Shown here piece after piece: positions 1 through 9,046 of a stretch of DNA of 32,000 nt. The stretch is taken from NCBI RefSeq assembly GCF_008000775.2, contig NZ_CP042905.2, positions 450,001 to 482,000 on the forward strand, written 5' to 3'. Each line of letters begins with the position of its first letter. Within the stretch, counting starts at the first letter, position 1. The notes beneath the pieces are model-generated. The model had not been told where the DNA came from. It was given only the letters and a program-made list of their open reading frames with translations, and did no database searches. The stretch comes from Promethearchaeum syntrophicum (GTDB taxonomy: Archaea; Asgardarchaeota; Lokiarchaeia; Sigyniarchaeales; Promethearchaeaceae). The position numbers were made by a program, and so were the translations under genes.

Positions 1-29
1 TAAAAATAAAAAAAAAAGAGATTTTTTTA

Positions 30-1574
30 TTAAATAGAAAATTTTGCTAATTCATCATAGATACCTGTTCTATTTAATTTATCATATAAATTTTCAGATA
101 TTTTAAATAATTTAGCATATCTCTCTGTATTATTAGGGTTTGGGGTCCATTTCTTGTTTATTTTTACCATATTTTCTGCTGCTTTTATAAGATCACTAAA
201 TTCACCTGCACCATAACTTGCTAATATTGATGCACCAACAGCTGTAGATTCTTCAAGTTCACCTCTACCACAAGGAATTCCTAAAACATCTGCCATAATT
301 TGATTCCATAAATTACTTCGAGATCCCCCTCCAGTGATTCTCATTTCACTTGGATTCATTCCTAAAGACTGGAAAACATTTAATGATTTCTTCACTTCCA
401 TGGCAACTCCTTCTAAAACAGCTCTGTAAAGATCAGCGGTTTTATGGCCTAAAGTTAATCCTAAAATTACCCCGCGAGCATAAGGGTTCCAATGTGGAGC
501 TCCTGCACCGATAAAATGAGGAATTAACACCAATCCATTTGCTCCTACAGGTGATGTTTCCGCTTTTTTAGTTATTAATTCATAAGGATCAATTTTTCTT
601 CCCATTTCTAATTCTTTTTCTGCTTTAAGTCTCTCTTCAGCTCCAATATTATCACGGAACCAACGTAAAACTGCTCCGCTGGTAAAAATGGAAGCTTCTT
701 GAACCCATTTACCTGGAATTGCTGCACAACTACATAAAACTCGTTTATCTTTATCAAATGTTGGTTTATCTAGATAACCTAATATGAAAGATCCAGTTCC
801 TGTTGTGCATTTCATTCTACCGGATTTTACAACTCCAACTCCTAATGCAGCACATTGCTGATCCCCTCCCCCTGTAATCACTTTTGTTTTGGTCGAAAAA
901 CCAGTATTTGAAGAAATTATATTACCAATTTCTTTTCCTGAAGGTAATGCTTCGGGCATTTTATCCAGATCAATTCCCATAAGACTTCCAATTGAATCTG
1001 ACCATTTTAAGGAATTTATATCAAATAACATTGTTCTTGATGCATTAGAATGATCCGTGATATATTTTCCAGTTAATTTATATAATATATAATCATGAAC
1101 TAAAAGAAATTTGTATGTTTTCGAATAAATCTCAGGTTTGTGATTTTTAAACCATAGGATTTTAGATCCAGAAAAATAAGGATCAACCGTAAGACCTGTT
1201 GTGTTATATATTTTATCAATACCAATATTTCCTTTAATCCAATTACATTCTTCTGTGGTTCTTCGATCTTGCCATACAATTGCGTTAAAAAGTGGTTCTC
1301 CATTAGAGTCAACTGGGACAATAGTTTCTCTTTGGTTCGTGATTGCAACACTTAAAATATCGTCTCGATCAATTTTCGCATTTTTTATGGCATTCACTAT
1401 TGTTTTTTTAACAGCTTTCCACCATAAATCTGCATCTTGTTCAACCATAACAGTTGTTGGGTAAAAAGATTCCCATTCCTCGTAATCCCGGCCATGTTCA
1501 TTACCAGCTAAATCAAAAATTATACATCTGGTACCAGTTGTTCCAATATCTAAAGCAGCTACATATTTGCTCAT
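30..1574 (-). CDS. glpK: Glycerol kinase (FGGY family)
   Basis: 514 aa ORF; N-terminal VAALDIGTTGTRCIIFDLAG, internal GGGDQQCAALGVG, MRITGGGSRSNLWNQIMADVLGIP and ESTAVGASILA are FGGY/glycerol kinase signatures. Confidence 0.95.
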   Translation of the reverse strand: MSKYVAALDIGTTGTRCIIFDLAGNEHGRDYEEWESFYPTTVMVEQDADLWWKAVKKTIVNAIKNAKIDRDDILSVAITNQRETIVPVDSNGEPLFNAIVWQDRRTTEECNWIKGNIGIDKIYNTTGLTVDPYFSGSKILWFKNHKPEIYSKTYKFLLVHDYILYKLTGKYITDHSNASRTMLFDINSLKWSDSIGSLMGIDLDKMPEALPSGKEIGNIISSNTGFSTKTKVITGGGDQQCAALGVGVVKSGRMKCTTGTGSFILGYLDKPTFDKDKRVLCSCAAIPGKWVQEASIFTSGAVLRWFRDNIGAEERLKAEKELEMGRKIDPYELITKKAETSPVGANGLVLIPHFIGAGAPHWNPYARGVILGLTLGHKTADLYRAVLEGVAMEVKKSLNVFQSLGMNPSEMRITGGGSRSNLWNQIMADVLGIPCGRGELEESTAVGASILASYGAGEFSDLIKAAENMVKINKKWTPNPNNTERYAKLFKISENLYDKLNRTGIYDELAKFSI

Positions 1575-1684
1575 TTTTTTTTCACTAAGAATGATATTTA
1601 AGAATAGTAGGTTCGAAGGTTATAATAAGTATAATGTCAAAATTTTAATTATTATCTTAAAAATTAAAAAAAGGGATATCAATT

Positions 1685-2113
1685 ATGAATATTGAAAATA
1701 TAGATCAAATTCTCGCTGAAAAAGAATTGGCTGAAAAAGAAATTAGCAATATAAAGGAAAACTTTGGAGTTAAGAAGAAAGAAGCAGAAGAAAATGCTAG
1801 TAAGGAATTGGATGGTATCAATACAAAATACAGTTCTGTTTTATCCATCGCTGAAAAAAATCTTGAGATAAAGAAAGGTAATCATGAAGAAGCCATAAAA
1901 AAATTATCAATGGCTAAGAAAGAGTTGATGGATGCTATGAATTCACATAAAGAAATTGGATCATCCTTTAAAAAAGCAAAACATGATTATGATAAAAAAT
2001 ATCATACCATTGTAAAAACAATAGAATCCGATCTTGCGTTCGCATTGAAAGCAAAAGAAAAAGAAATAAAACACATCGACAAAAAGATCCAAGCATATAA
2101 TAAAATAAAGTGA
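1685..2113 (+). CDS. Small coiled-coil protein of unknown function
   Basis: 142 aa ORF, strongly charged (K/E rich) heptad-like sequence throughout; ATG start; same strand as the next two ORFs. Confidence 0.6.
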   Translation: MNIENIDQILAEKELAEKEISNIKENFGVKKKEAEENASKELDGINTKYSSVLSIAEKNLEIKKGNHEEAIKKLSMAKKELMDAMNSHKEIGSSFKKAKHDYDKKYHTIVKTIESDLAFALKAKEKEIKHIDKKIQAYNKIK

Positions 2114-2116
2114 GAA

Positions 2117-2368
2117 GTGACAATTATGATTGAAAAATTACAGAGCTTTTTAAAAAAGAAGCACAAATTTGATAAGAAATTAGATATGTACGATATTTTG
2201 GAAATTTTAGATATGAATTTTAATGCGTTCAGAGGAGCCGTCAAATCTGAAGAAATAGAGAATGTAAAAAAAAGTCTTTCAAATTTCTTAGTCGGAATAA
2301 TTAAGTATTGCAATACCAGAGATATTAATATCCAAGAAGTTATTAAAGAAGATTTTAATTTGGAATAA
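2117..2368 (+). CDS. Hypothetical small protein
   Basis: 83 aa ORF with GTG start at 2117 (alternative ATG at 2126), 3 nt after the upstream coiled-coil ORF, suggesting an operon. Confidence 0.5.
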   Translation: MTIMIEKLQSFLKKKHKFDKKLDMYDILEILDMNFNAFRGAVKSEEIENVKKSLSNFLVGIIKYCNTRDINIQEVIKEDFNLE

Positions 2369-2397
2369 AAATTTATACAATATTACGAATTGAGAAT

Positions 2398-3144
2398 ATG
2401 AGATCCGAGAGTACAAAAAAAAAGCCCATTATTTTTGCACATCGAGGTGCATCGGGAGTTGAAGTTGAAAACTCTATAACAGCATTTCAGAAAGCGATAG
2501 ATAGTGGAGCAGATGGTTTAGAAACTGATGCGTGGATTATGAAAGATGGGGAAGTAATTCTTCACCATGATGAATATATAGAATATGGTAAAAATAATAT
2601 TTTAAAAATTCCGAAATCAAGCTTATCTGAAATCAAAAAACTTTCTTTACCCAACGGAGATAAAATTTTAACAATAACTGATTTCTTAGAACGTTTTGGC
2701 CATAAAAAAACCAAATCAAATAAGAAAATACAATTTAGCATTGATTTAGAAAATCTAAATGCGGGTGAAAAAATTGTTCAAATATTGCAGGATTTTGATG
2801 TAATCGATCAAACCATCTTATGTGCCACATCTTATACAGCTTTAAACCGAGTTCGAAAAAAAAACCAAGAAATTAGGTTGAATCTAACTCATAGAGAGGA
2901 TCTAATAACTTCTAATATGTTTCAAAATGGGAATAAATGGAGAAAAATTAAACCCTATGGTTTTAATATTCAAGCGAAAATCTTTACAGAAGAATTAAAG
3001 AGAAATCTTAAAGATAATTCATTAAAATTATATATCTGGGATCTACATTCTGAAGAACTGTTAAAAGAATATTTAAAATATTACCCTGAAGCAATTTATA
3101 CAGATTTTCCTTCCATAGCTAATGAAGTTTGGAGAAATTTGTAA
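2398..3144 (+). CDS. Glycerophosphodiester phosphodiesterase (GDPD family)
   Basis: PIIFAHRGASGVEVENSITAFQKAIDSGADGLETDAWIMKDGEVILHHDE is the GDPD HR...E.D catalytic signature. Confidence 0.93.
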   Translation: MRSESTKKKPIIFAHRGASGVEVENSITAFQKAIDSGADGLETDAWIMKDGEVILHHDEYIEYGKNNILKIPKSSLSEIKKLSLPNGDKILTITDFLERFGHKKTKSNKKIQFSIDLENLNAGEKIVQILQDFDVIDQTILCATSYTALNRVRKKNQEIRLNLTHREDLITSNMFQNGNKWRKIKPYGFNIQAKIFTEELKRNLKDNSLKLYIWDLHSEELLKEYLKYYPEAIYTDFPSIANEVWRNL

Positions 3145-3169
3145 AATGAGACTAAAAAAACAATGGATT

Positions 3170-3868
3170 CTAAGAACCAATTTTTTTTCTGGTTAGGTAG
3201 CCACAATCTGGACAAACGAGATAGCCAAAACCAATATTATATTCGTCTGCTATCCCAACAATAGGTGAACCACAAGAAGGACATATTGGAGCATTGCTTG
3301 GAAACCATTGCCCCTTGACATTTGGAGTAGCTTTTAAATCATTAATCCAATTTTGGAATCTTCCAATAGCTTGATATTGGTTTTTTTCTTTTAATTTCTG
3401 ATTATATGATTTAGGTCTGGAAACGACCACTACCACAGATTTCATCTTATCGGGGGAATTTAATAAGGTCAAAGTTGGTAAAATGGCATTTTGCTTCATA
3501 TTTGAAAAAAAATCAAATAGTTCGGGGGGGCCTAATGCGACAACTGTTCCTTTTCCATGTGAATCTGGATGTCTTTCAAAAAGAATTTGGAAGATTCTAT
3601 CCTTAAAATCTCGCGCCCAAATTAAAATCCATAAATCGGGATTTAATTCCTTTCCTTGTTCATTAACTAATTGGATTAAACCCATTTCCACATAATAATG
3701 ATTTTCTTTTCTACATAAGAAATTAATATCTTCAAAGAATTTTCTCTCTACCAAAGGATATGATCTGAAAGATTCTATAACACTCTGCAAGCCTACTTTC
3801 GCCTTCGATTTTTGCCAACTCGTTTTAGTCGAGAGATAATACATATCTAAAAAAGGCGCTAATAACAA
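3170..3868 (-). CDS. Uncharacterised protein with C-terminal zinc ribbon
   Basis: 232 aa ORF; CPSCGSPIVGIADEYNIGFGYLVCPDCG is a CxxC...CxxC zinc ribbon. Divergent from the E2-like gene across a ~100 bp gap. Confidence 0.7.
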   Translation of the reverse strand: MLLAPFLDMYYLSTKTSWQKSKAKVGLQSVIESFRSYPLVERKFFEDINFLCRKENHYYVEMGLIQLVNEQGKELNPDLWILIWARDFKDRIFQILFERHPDSHGKGTVVALGPPELFDFFSNMKQNAILPTLTLLNSPDKMKSVVVVVSRPKSYNQKLKEKNQYQAIGRFQNWINDLKATPNVKGQWFPSNAPICPSCGSPIVGIADEYNIGFGYLVCPDCGYLTRKKIGS

Positions 3869-3971
3869 ATAAAAATTCGCAAAAACTAAATTTTCATAGT
3901 TTTTATATAAAAAAGTAGAAAGTTATATAATAAAAACACCATTACTTATTAAAAGGCGAAGATGGAGAATT

Positions 3972-4754
3972 ATGAAGCCCTTAATTGAAGAGATCAAAGA
4001 TATCTTAACTCCAAATAATTCAATTGGATTTGTTAAAGATAATAAAATATTCCAATTACAACCAATCTTGCCAATTTCTCAGTTTCTATCCATGGCTAAG
4101 GATCTTGATTCAGAAGGTCAAAAAAAATTTTTAAAATTTGTTAATAGCCCTAACACTGTTATATTTAATGGTGTCATCTATATCACAATAAAAGGATTAA
4201 ATTTGAAAGGACGATTAAAGGAAATACTTTCAATCTATCGTAACCACCTGAAAAACATAGTTGGAGATAAAAAAGCTCTAATTGACTTATATGAAAAAGT
4301 TCCTCCGGAAGACATCGCAAATTTAACTGAAGATCACGTTATTTTCGCAATGTTGGATGTTTTCCATTCTGATAAAAAAGAACTTGCAGCAATTCGTTAT
4401 TTACCGGATTATGAAATCCATTTCGAATCTAAAACTTATAAAATGCCTGGATGCATGCTCGTCGTACATATAGATCAAAATTTAGCCATTGGAGATCCTG
4501 AAGTTGTTGTTGACAATAAAAATTATGAACATCCTTTTGTATATAGGCATGATCATATGAGATTTGGTCAAAAAATATGCATGGGGTCTTTTTATTCATC
4601 AAAAGATCGCAAAAATTTCAATAAACTTCGATTTGCAAATACCATCAATAATTTGTTAAAACAAGCGGTTCAAATATTAGTATCGGGTTATAATCGAGGT
4701 GTTAGCCCTGCGAATGGGCATCTAACGAGTTCGCAATATAATAAATATCTATAA
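3972..4754 (+). CDS. Divergent prokaryotic E2-like (ubiquitin-conjugating fold) protein
   Basis: 260 aa; YEHPFVYRHDHMRFGQKICMGSF resembles the E2 HPxV...GxIC active-site region. Candidate catalytic Cys203 (codon 4578-4580). Directly followed by JAMM and E1-like genes. Fold call is an inference from motif plus context. Confidence 0.6.
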   Translation: MKPLIEEIKDILTPNNSIGFVKDNKIFQLQPILPISQFLSMAKDLDSEGQKKFLKFVNSPNTVIFNGVIYITIKGLNLKGRLKEILSIYRNHLKNIVGDKKALIDLYEKVPPEDIANLTEDHVIFAMLDVFHSDKKELAAIRYLPDYEIHFESKTYKMPGCMLVVHIDQNLAIGDPEVVVDNKNYEHPFVYRHDHMRFGQKICMGSFYSSKDRKNFNKLRFANTINNLLKQAVQILVSGYNRGVSPANGHLTSSQYNKYL

Positions 4755-4797
4755 TTTATCTTTAAAATATCCAAAAATTCTTTCACAATGAAAAATA

Positions 4798-5781
4798 ATG
4801 TCAGATAAAAATAATAAATTGAAAATCAAAGATACATTGGATGATTTACTGGAAAATTCAACCAACAATAACAAAGATTCAAATTCAACCAACATTAGTA
4901 TAGGAAAATCTCCAAAAAAACTAAATAAAATTATAATCACAAGATCTGCATATAGAAAAATGATTATCATCGCGCAAGAAGTATCCAAATTATTAAATCA
5001 AAGTATGGAAGTTTATGCATTATGCATCGGTGATAACGGAATCATTGAAGATATATTAATTCCTCCTCAGAATGTAAGTTCGATTTCAATTCATATTAAT
5101 GCTTCCGATATTTTATCTTTAGTGCCCAATATTAGAAAAAATAATTTGAATATTATTGGATGGGTTCATTCACATGGGGATATGTCCGCTTTCTTCTCAA
5201 GTACAGATGATAGGAATCAAATCACTGTTTTAAATGATACATCGAACTATTCAGAAGTCGGAAATATTCGAGTAAAATATTGTTTTGGAATAACGGTTAA
5301 CTTAAGGGAAGAATTGTTTGGAATAGTAACCACACAATTTCCATCAAGTAATATTATCCACGAGAGAGCTATTTTTGAAATTAGAAGTTTTTTCCCTCCA
5401 GATTGGAATGAAAACGAGATACGAAATGAGATTTCTGCAGAATTAAAAGATAAAATAAGAAAAGGTAGGATTAGTCATAAGAATCATAATACTGTCGAAT
5501 TCGCAAATAATTACGATGAAGATTCTGAAATTTCAAAATTTGAAGATAAAAATCTTCTTTCATCCCGTGATCGTTATTTAATTAGCCTATTCCTTAAAAG
5601 AAATAATTTTTCAAATCCAAAAATAAAGAAACTTCTATTTAATTTTGTAAGATTTTTAAATATTAATAAAAATTGGACCAAAGAAACCAAAGAGAATAAA
5701 GAGAACAAAGAGAATCTAGAAAACAAAGTGATAAATGATATGAAGATAAATCAAGATAAAAAGGAGAATCAAGATGAGTGA
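4798..5781 (+). CDS. JAMM/MPN+ metallopeptidase (deubiquitinase-like)
   Basis: 327 aa; GWVHSHGDMSAFFSSTDD gives exact HxHx7SxxD metal-binding motif. Low-complexity charged C-terminal tail (KETKENKENKENLEN). Confidence 0.88.
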   Translation: MSDKNNKLKIKDTLDDLLENSTNNNKDSNSTNISIGKSPKKLNKIIITRSAYRKMIIIAQEVSKLLNQSMEVYALCIGDNGIIEDILIPPQNVSSISIHINASDILSLVPNIRKNNLNIIGWVHSHGDMSAFFSSTDDRNQITVLNDTSNYSEVGNIRVKYCFGITVNLREELFGIVTTQFPSSNIIHERAIFEIRSFFPPDWNENEIRNEISAELKDKIRKGRISHKNHNTVEFANNYDEDSEISKFEDKNLLSSRDRYLISLFLKRNNFSNPKIKKLLFNFVRFLNINKNWTKETKENKENKENLENKVINDMKINQDKKENQDE

Positions 5782-6697
5782 GATAAAATACGACCGACAA
5801 AGCAGAATTCCTGAATGGGATCAAACAAAATTATCAAGTGCAAAAGTAGCCGTCATAGGTGCAGGGGCTTTAGGAAATCATGTATGTCTTGGTTTAATAG
5901 GATTAGGTGTTGGATCAATTAAAATATTCGATTTTGATGAAATAGAAACTCATAACCTCAACCGACAATCCTTATTCCGTGAAGACGATATTGGACATAA
6001 TAAAGCTGAAGCTCTCGCGGAATTATTAAAGGAACGGAATTCATCAATTGAAATTATTGGAATTGATGAAAAAATCGAAGAAGATACTATCGAAGATATC
6101 ATTAGAGATGTGGATGTCATTATTGATTGTGTAGATCTCATTTTTGTGCGATATATTCTAAACAAATTATGCATTGAACGCGATATCCCTTTAATTCACG
6201 GTGGTATAAGCTGGACTGGAGGTCAAACAGGGATCTTAACAAGAAAAACACCTTGTATTAAATGTATCTATCCCGAAGCATTGCAGAAAGAAGAACTTGA
6301 TACCGAAACATCATGTATTAGGAACCCCGAAGCGAGTGTTGTATACATAAGCCAAATAATTGCAGGATTGATGGTCTTTAACGTTCGAAGAGTTCTTCTA
6401 CCACTTTCTTCGGATTTATACCCTCCTACAGGATTATACAAATTGGATCTCCGTTTAGAAAATCCATTTTATTTTGAAAATATAAAAAGAAAGAAAAAAT
6501 GTGATTGTGTGAAACTATTGAAGAAAGTAGATCCAAACATTCTAAAAGAAGAAAAAGAAATCCTTAAGAAATTAGAAAAAGAAAACCTGAAAGAACTTCA
6601 AAAAACTGTAGAATTGCAGACTAATGGAAAATTAAAAAAAAAAAAAACTTCTTCAATAAAGAAAAAAACATCCAAAAAACATCCTAAATCCAAATGA
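5774..6697 (+). CDS. ThiF/MoeB/E1-like activating enzyme
   Basis: 307 aa; VAVIGAGALGNHVCLGLIGLGVGSIKIFDFDEIETHNLNRQSLF (adenylation P-loop and NxxRQ), DVIIDCVD, CIKC, candidate catalytic Cys in ETSCIRNPEASV, CDC near the C-terminus. Overlaps the JAMM ORF by 8 nt. Confidence 0.92.
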   Translation: MSEIKYDRQSRIPEWDQTKLSSAKVAVIGAGALGNHVCLGLIGLGVGSIKIFDFDEIETHNLNRQSLFREDDIGHNKAEALAELLKERNSSIEIIGIDEKIEEDTIEDIIRDVDVIIDCVDLIFVRYILNKLCIERDIPLIHGGISWTGGQTGILTRKTPCIKCIYPEALQKEELDTETSCIRNPEASVVYISQIIAGLMVFNVRRVLLPLSSDLYPPTGLYKLDLRLENPFYFENIKRKKKCDCVKLLKKVDPNILKEEKEILKKLEKENLKELQKTVELQTNGKLKKKKTSSIKKKTSKKHPKSK

Positions 6698-6720
6698 AAA
6701 TTAAAAAAAAAGGATAATAA

Positions 6721-7593
6721 ATGACCAATCAAAACACTGAAGATCACCTAAAAAGAGCATTGAAAGAAGGAAACCTAATAAATGTTGGACAAAATTCAAT
6801 TTCAAAAGAAAATAAAAAAGGAATGATCTCCACCGATTCAAAATTCAATAAAACCTATTTTAAATATAATCTCCCCATCGGAATCGATTTCGGAAAATCA
6901 TTAAAACCAAATAATTTCCTTACAAGCTTGGAAATTCTAGATAGGATCCTTGAAATTCCCAATATTTCAGAACAAAATCGATTCAAATTAGAAAATTTAC
7001 GACTTTATTTAACTACCGGAAAAATTTGGCATTATAAACGTGAATTAAAAACATTATTAGAAGATGATATAATTAAACAAGAAAAAGCAAAAGAAACAAA
7101 GTCTCCTAAGGAAATAACTGAAAATACCTTTATCTCCCTTCTAATATCGTTACACTTTATCTTAACTCAAGCATCTATAACTAATGTCAAATGGGTTTCC
7201 CAAAATCAAATTCTAACTTATATCGAGTCAACGGATCAAAAAAAAATTCTTCATGAATGGAAAACTAAAAACTATGGAAAATTACCAGAGGACTTAATCT
7301 TTCTGTCATTAATCTCACAAACATTAATTCAAAAAATTTCACAGCTTAATATACCAGAAGATCAATATTGTCAATTAAATGATTTAAAAAACCTTGTAAT
7401 TTCTGCTAAATTTTCAAAAATCCTTAACATTTTATCCCTTAAATTAAATTCTTTATCTCCAATATATCTATCATCTATAAAATCTGCAAGTAACTCAAAA
7501 GATAAAGAAGCGACTAGACAAGTTTCATCTGACATTAACAATATCTTCATTTACAGAATTTTAGTTACTTTAAATATCCTCCAAAAAGAGTGA
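6721..7593 (+). CDS. Uncharacterised, mostly helical protein in the E2-JAMM-E1 cluster
   Basis: 290 aa ORF, ATG 23 nt after the E1-like stop codon, same strand; no recognised family motif. Confidence 0.65.
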   Translation: MTNQNTEDHLKRALKEGNLINVGQNSISKENKKGMISTDSKFNKTYFKYNLPIGIDFGKSLKPNNFLTSLEILDRILEIPNISEQNRFKLENLRLYLTTGKIWHYKRELKTLLEDDIIKQEKAKETKSPKEITENTFISLLISLHFILTQASITNVKWVSQNQILTYIESTDQKKILHEWKTKNYGKLPEDLIFLSLISQTLIQKISQLNIPEDQYCQLNDLKNLVISAKFSKILNILSLKLNSLSPIYLSSIKSASNSKDKEATRQVSSDINNIFIYRILVTLNILQKE

Positions 7594-7900
7594 ATTAAAA
7601 AAATTTAACATACCGACTATGATTTCACTCGATCATTTCCAAATTTAAAAAATGGGAAATGATTCCCTTTCATAAATAAAGAAATTTGCACAAAAATGAT
7701 TCCATATCTTCGATTTTGAAGATTTGATCTTAAAAAAAACCTCATGCATCCTTTTTCACCGAAAATCCCTACCTTAAAGCTTTTGACTTCCATGTTTTTT
7801 TGTAGTTAGAATGCAAATTTTTTAAGGTGAAAAAATAACTCTTTAAGTAAGATAATCCTTTTCTTTAATATCTTAATTAATTTTAAAATGGTGAAAATAA

Positions 7901-9046
7901 TTGGTAGAAGAATACGACTTCCTTGCTGCAAAACCCCTCGTTGTTGATAACGGTACTGGTATCTCAAAAAACGGGTTTGCAGGTGAAGACCAACCTCGAT
8001 CTGTCTTTCCAACGCTTATTGGATATCCTAAATATACGTCTATCATGACTGACGTTGAACATTATACTCGTGAATATTATATCGGAGAAGAAGCCTTACA
8101 ACTTAAAGGTGTCTTAAAACTTATGTTTCCGGTTGAACACGGTGTAATTGAAGATTGGATGGCTATGGAAAAGATTTGGCATTACACATTCTATACAGAC
8201 CTCCGTGTTGATCCTTCAGAACACCCTGTGCTTTTAACTGAAGCCCCATTAAACCCACGACCAAACCGGGAAAAAATGGCAGAAATTATGTTTGAAACCT
8301 TTAATGTGCCTGCTCTCTACGTTGCAATGCAAGCAGTATTATCTTTATATGCATCCGGTCGAACTACTGGTTGTGTTATTGATATCGGTGATGGTGTTTC
8401 TCACGTTGTCCCGATTTATGAAGGTTTCGCTTTATCACATGCTATCTCAAGACTTGATCTTGCAGGCCGTGATATTACAACATACCTACAAAGACTCCTG
8501 CGCCAAAAAGGATTCTCCTTTACAACCTCCGCAGAAAAAGAAATTGTCCGAGACATCAAAGAAAAATTATGCTACATCGCTCTTGACCCTGAAAAAGAAA
8601 TTATGTTGTCAAAGAAAGTAGCTGGAATGGAAAAAGTTTACATGCTTCCAGATGGTGAGACCATTACTGTTTCCGTTGAACGATTTTTGGCCCCAGAATG
8701 CTTCTTCAACCCTAGTGTCATTGGAAAAGAGTTGGAACCTTTGGATGATGTTATCTGTAGTGCAATCAAACAGTGCGATGTCGACTTAAGACGTGATCTT
8801 TACGGCAATATAGTCCTTTCCGGTGGGTCAACCATGTATCCTGGCCTCAAAGAAAGACTTACAAAAGAAATCAAGGAACAAATCCCAGAATCAGTTGATG
8901 TAAAAATTATTGCTCCTCCGGAACGTATGTATTCTGTCTGGATTGGTGGATCTATCTTGTCATCGTTGAAAACCTTCCAGAGAATGTGGGTTACGCGAAG
9001 AGAATATAAGGAAATTGGCCCTAGCATCATTCACAGATGTTTCTAA
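7901..9046 (+). CDS. Lokiactin / eukaryotic-type actin
   Basis: 381 aa; [148 protein letters not shown] start with GGTGA at 7890-7894. Confidence 0.98.
   Translation: MVEEYDFLAAKPLVVDNGTGISKNGFAGEDQPRSVFPTLIGYPKYTSIMTDVEHYTREYYIGEEALQLKGVLKLMFPVEHGVIEDWMAMEKIWHYTFYTDLRVDPSEHPVLLTEAPLNPRPNREKMAEIMFETFNVPALYVAMQAVLSLYASGRTTGCVIDIGDGVSHVVPIYEGFALSHAISRLDLAGRDITTYLQRLLRQKGFSFTTSAEKEIVRDIKEKLCYIALDPEKEIMLSKKVAGMEKVYMLPDGETITVSVERFLAPECFFNPSVIGKELEPLDDVICSAIKQCDVDLRRDLYGNIVLSGGSTMYPGLKERLTKEIKEQIPESVDVKIIAPPERMYSVWIGGSILSSLKTFQRMWVTRREYKEIGPSIIHRCF

Noticed and set aside
1100-1464. ORFs 1100-1351 (-) and 1201-1464 (+)
   Set aside because: They overlap the confidently identified glycerol kinase gene and have no motif; shadow ORFs.
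2002-2313. Antisense 103-aa ORF
   Set aside because: Antisense to two co-oriented small ORFs; hydrophobic low-complexity sequence typical of the reverse strand of Lys/Glu-rich coding DNA.
4749-4988. ORF 4749-4988 (-)
   Set aside because: Antisense to the JAMM gene N-terminus; no motif.
5688-5720. KEN-type short tandem repeat at the JAMM C-terminus considered as a repeat element or CRISPR-like
   Set aside because: Only about three 9-nt degenerate units in coding frame; low-complexity tail, no spacers. No CRISPR array was seen elsewhere in the window.
5950-6174. ORF 5950-6174 (-)
   Set aside because: Antisense within the E1-like gene.
7806-8012. ORF 7806-8012 (-), considered as a possible small regulator or Ubl
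   Set aside because: Overlaps the actin 5' end, no beta-grasp-like pattern and no GG terminus.
8292-9030. ORFs 8292-8621 (+) and 8800-9030 (-)
   Set aside because: Out-of-frame or antisense inside the actin gene.
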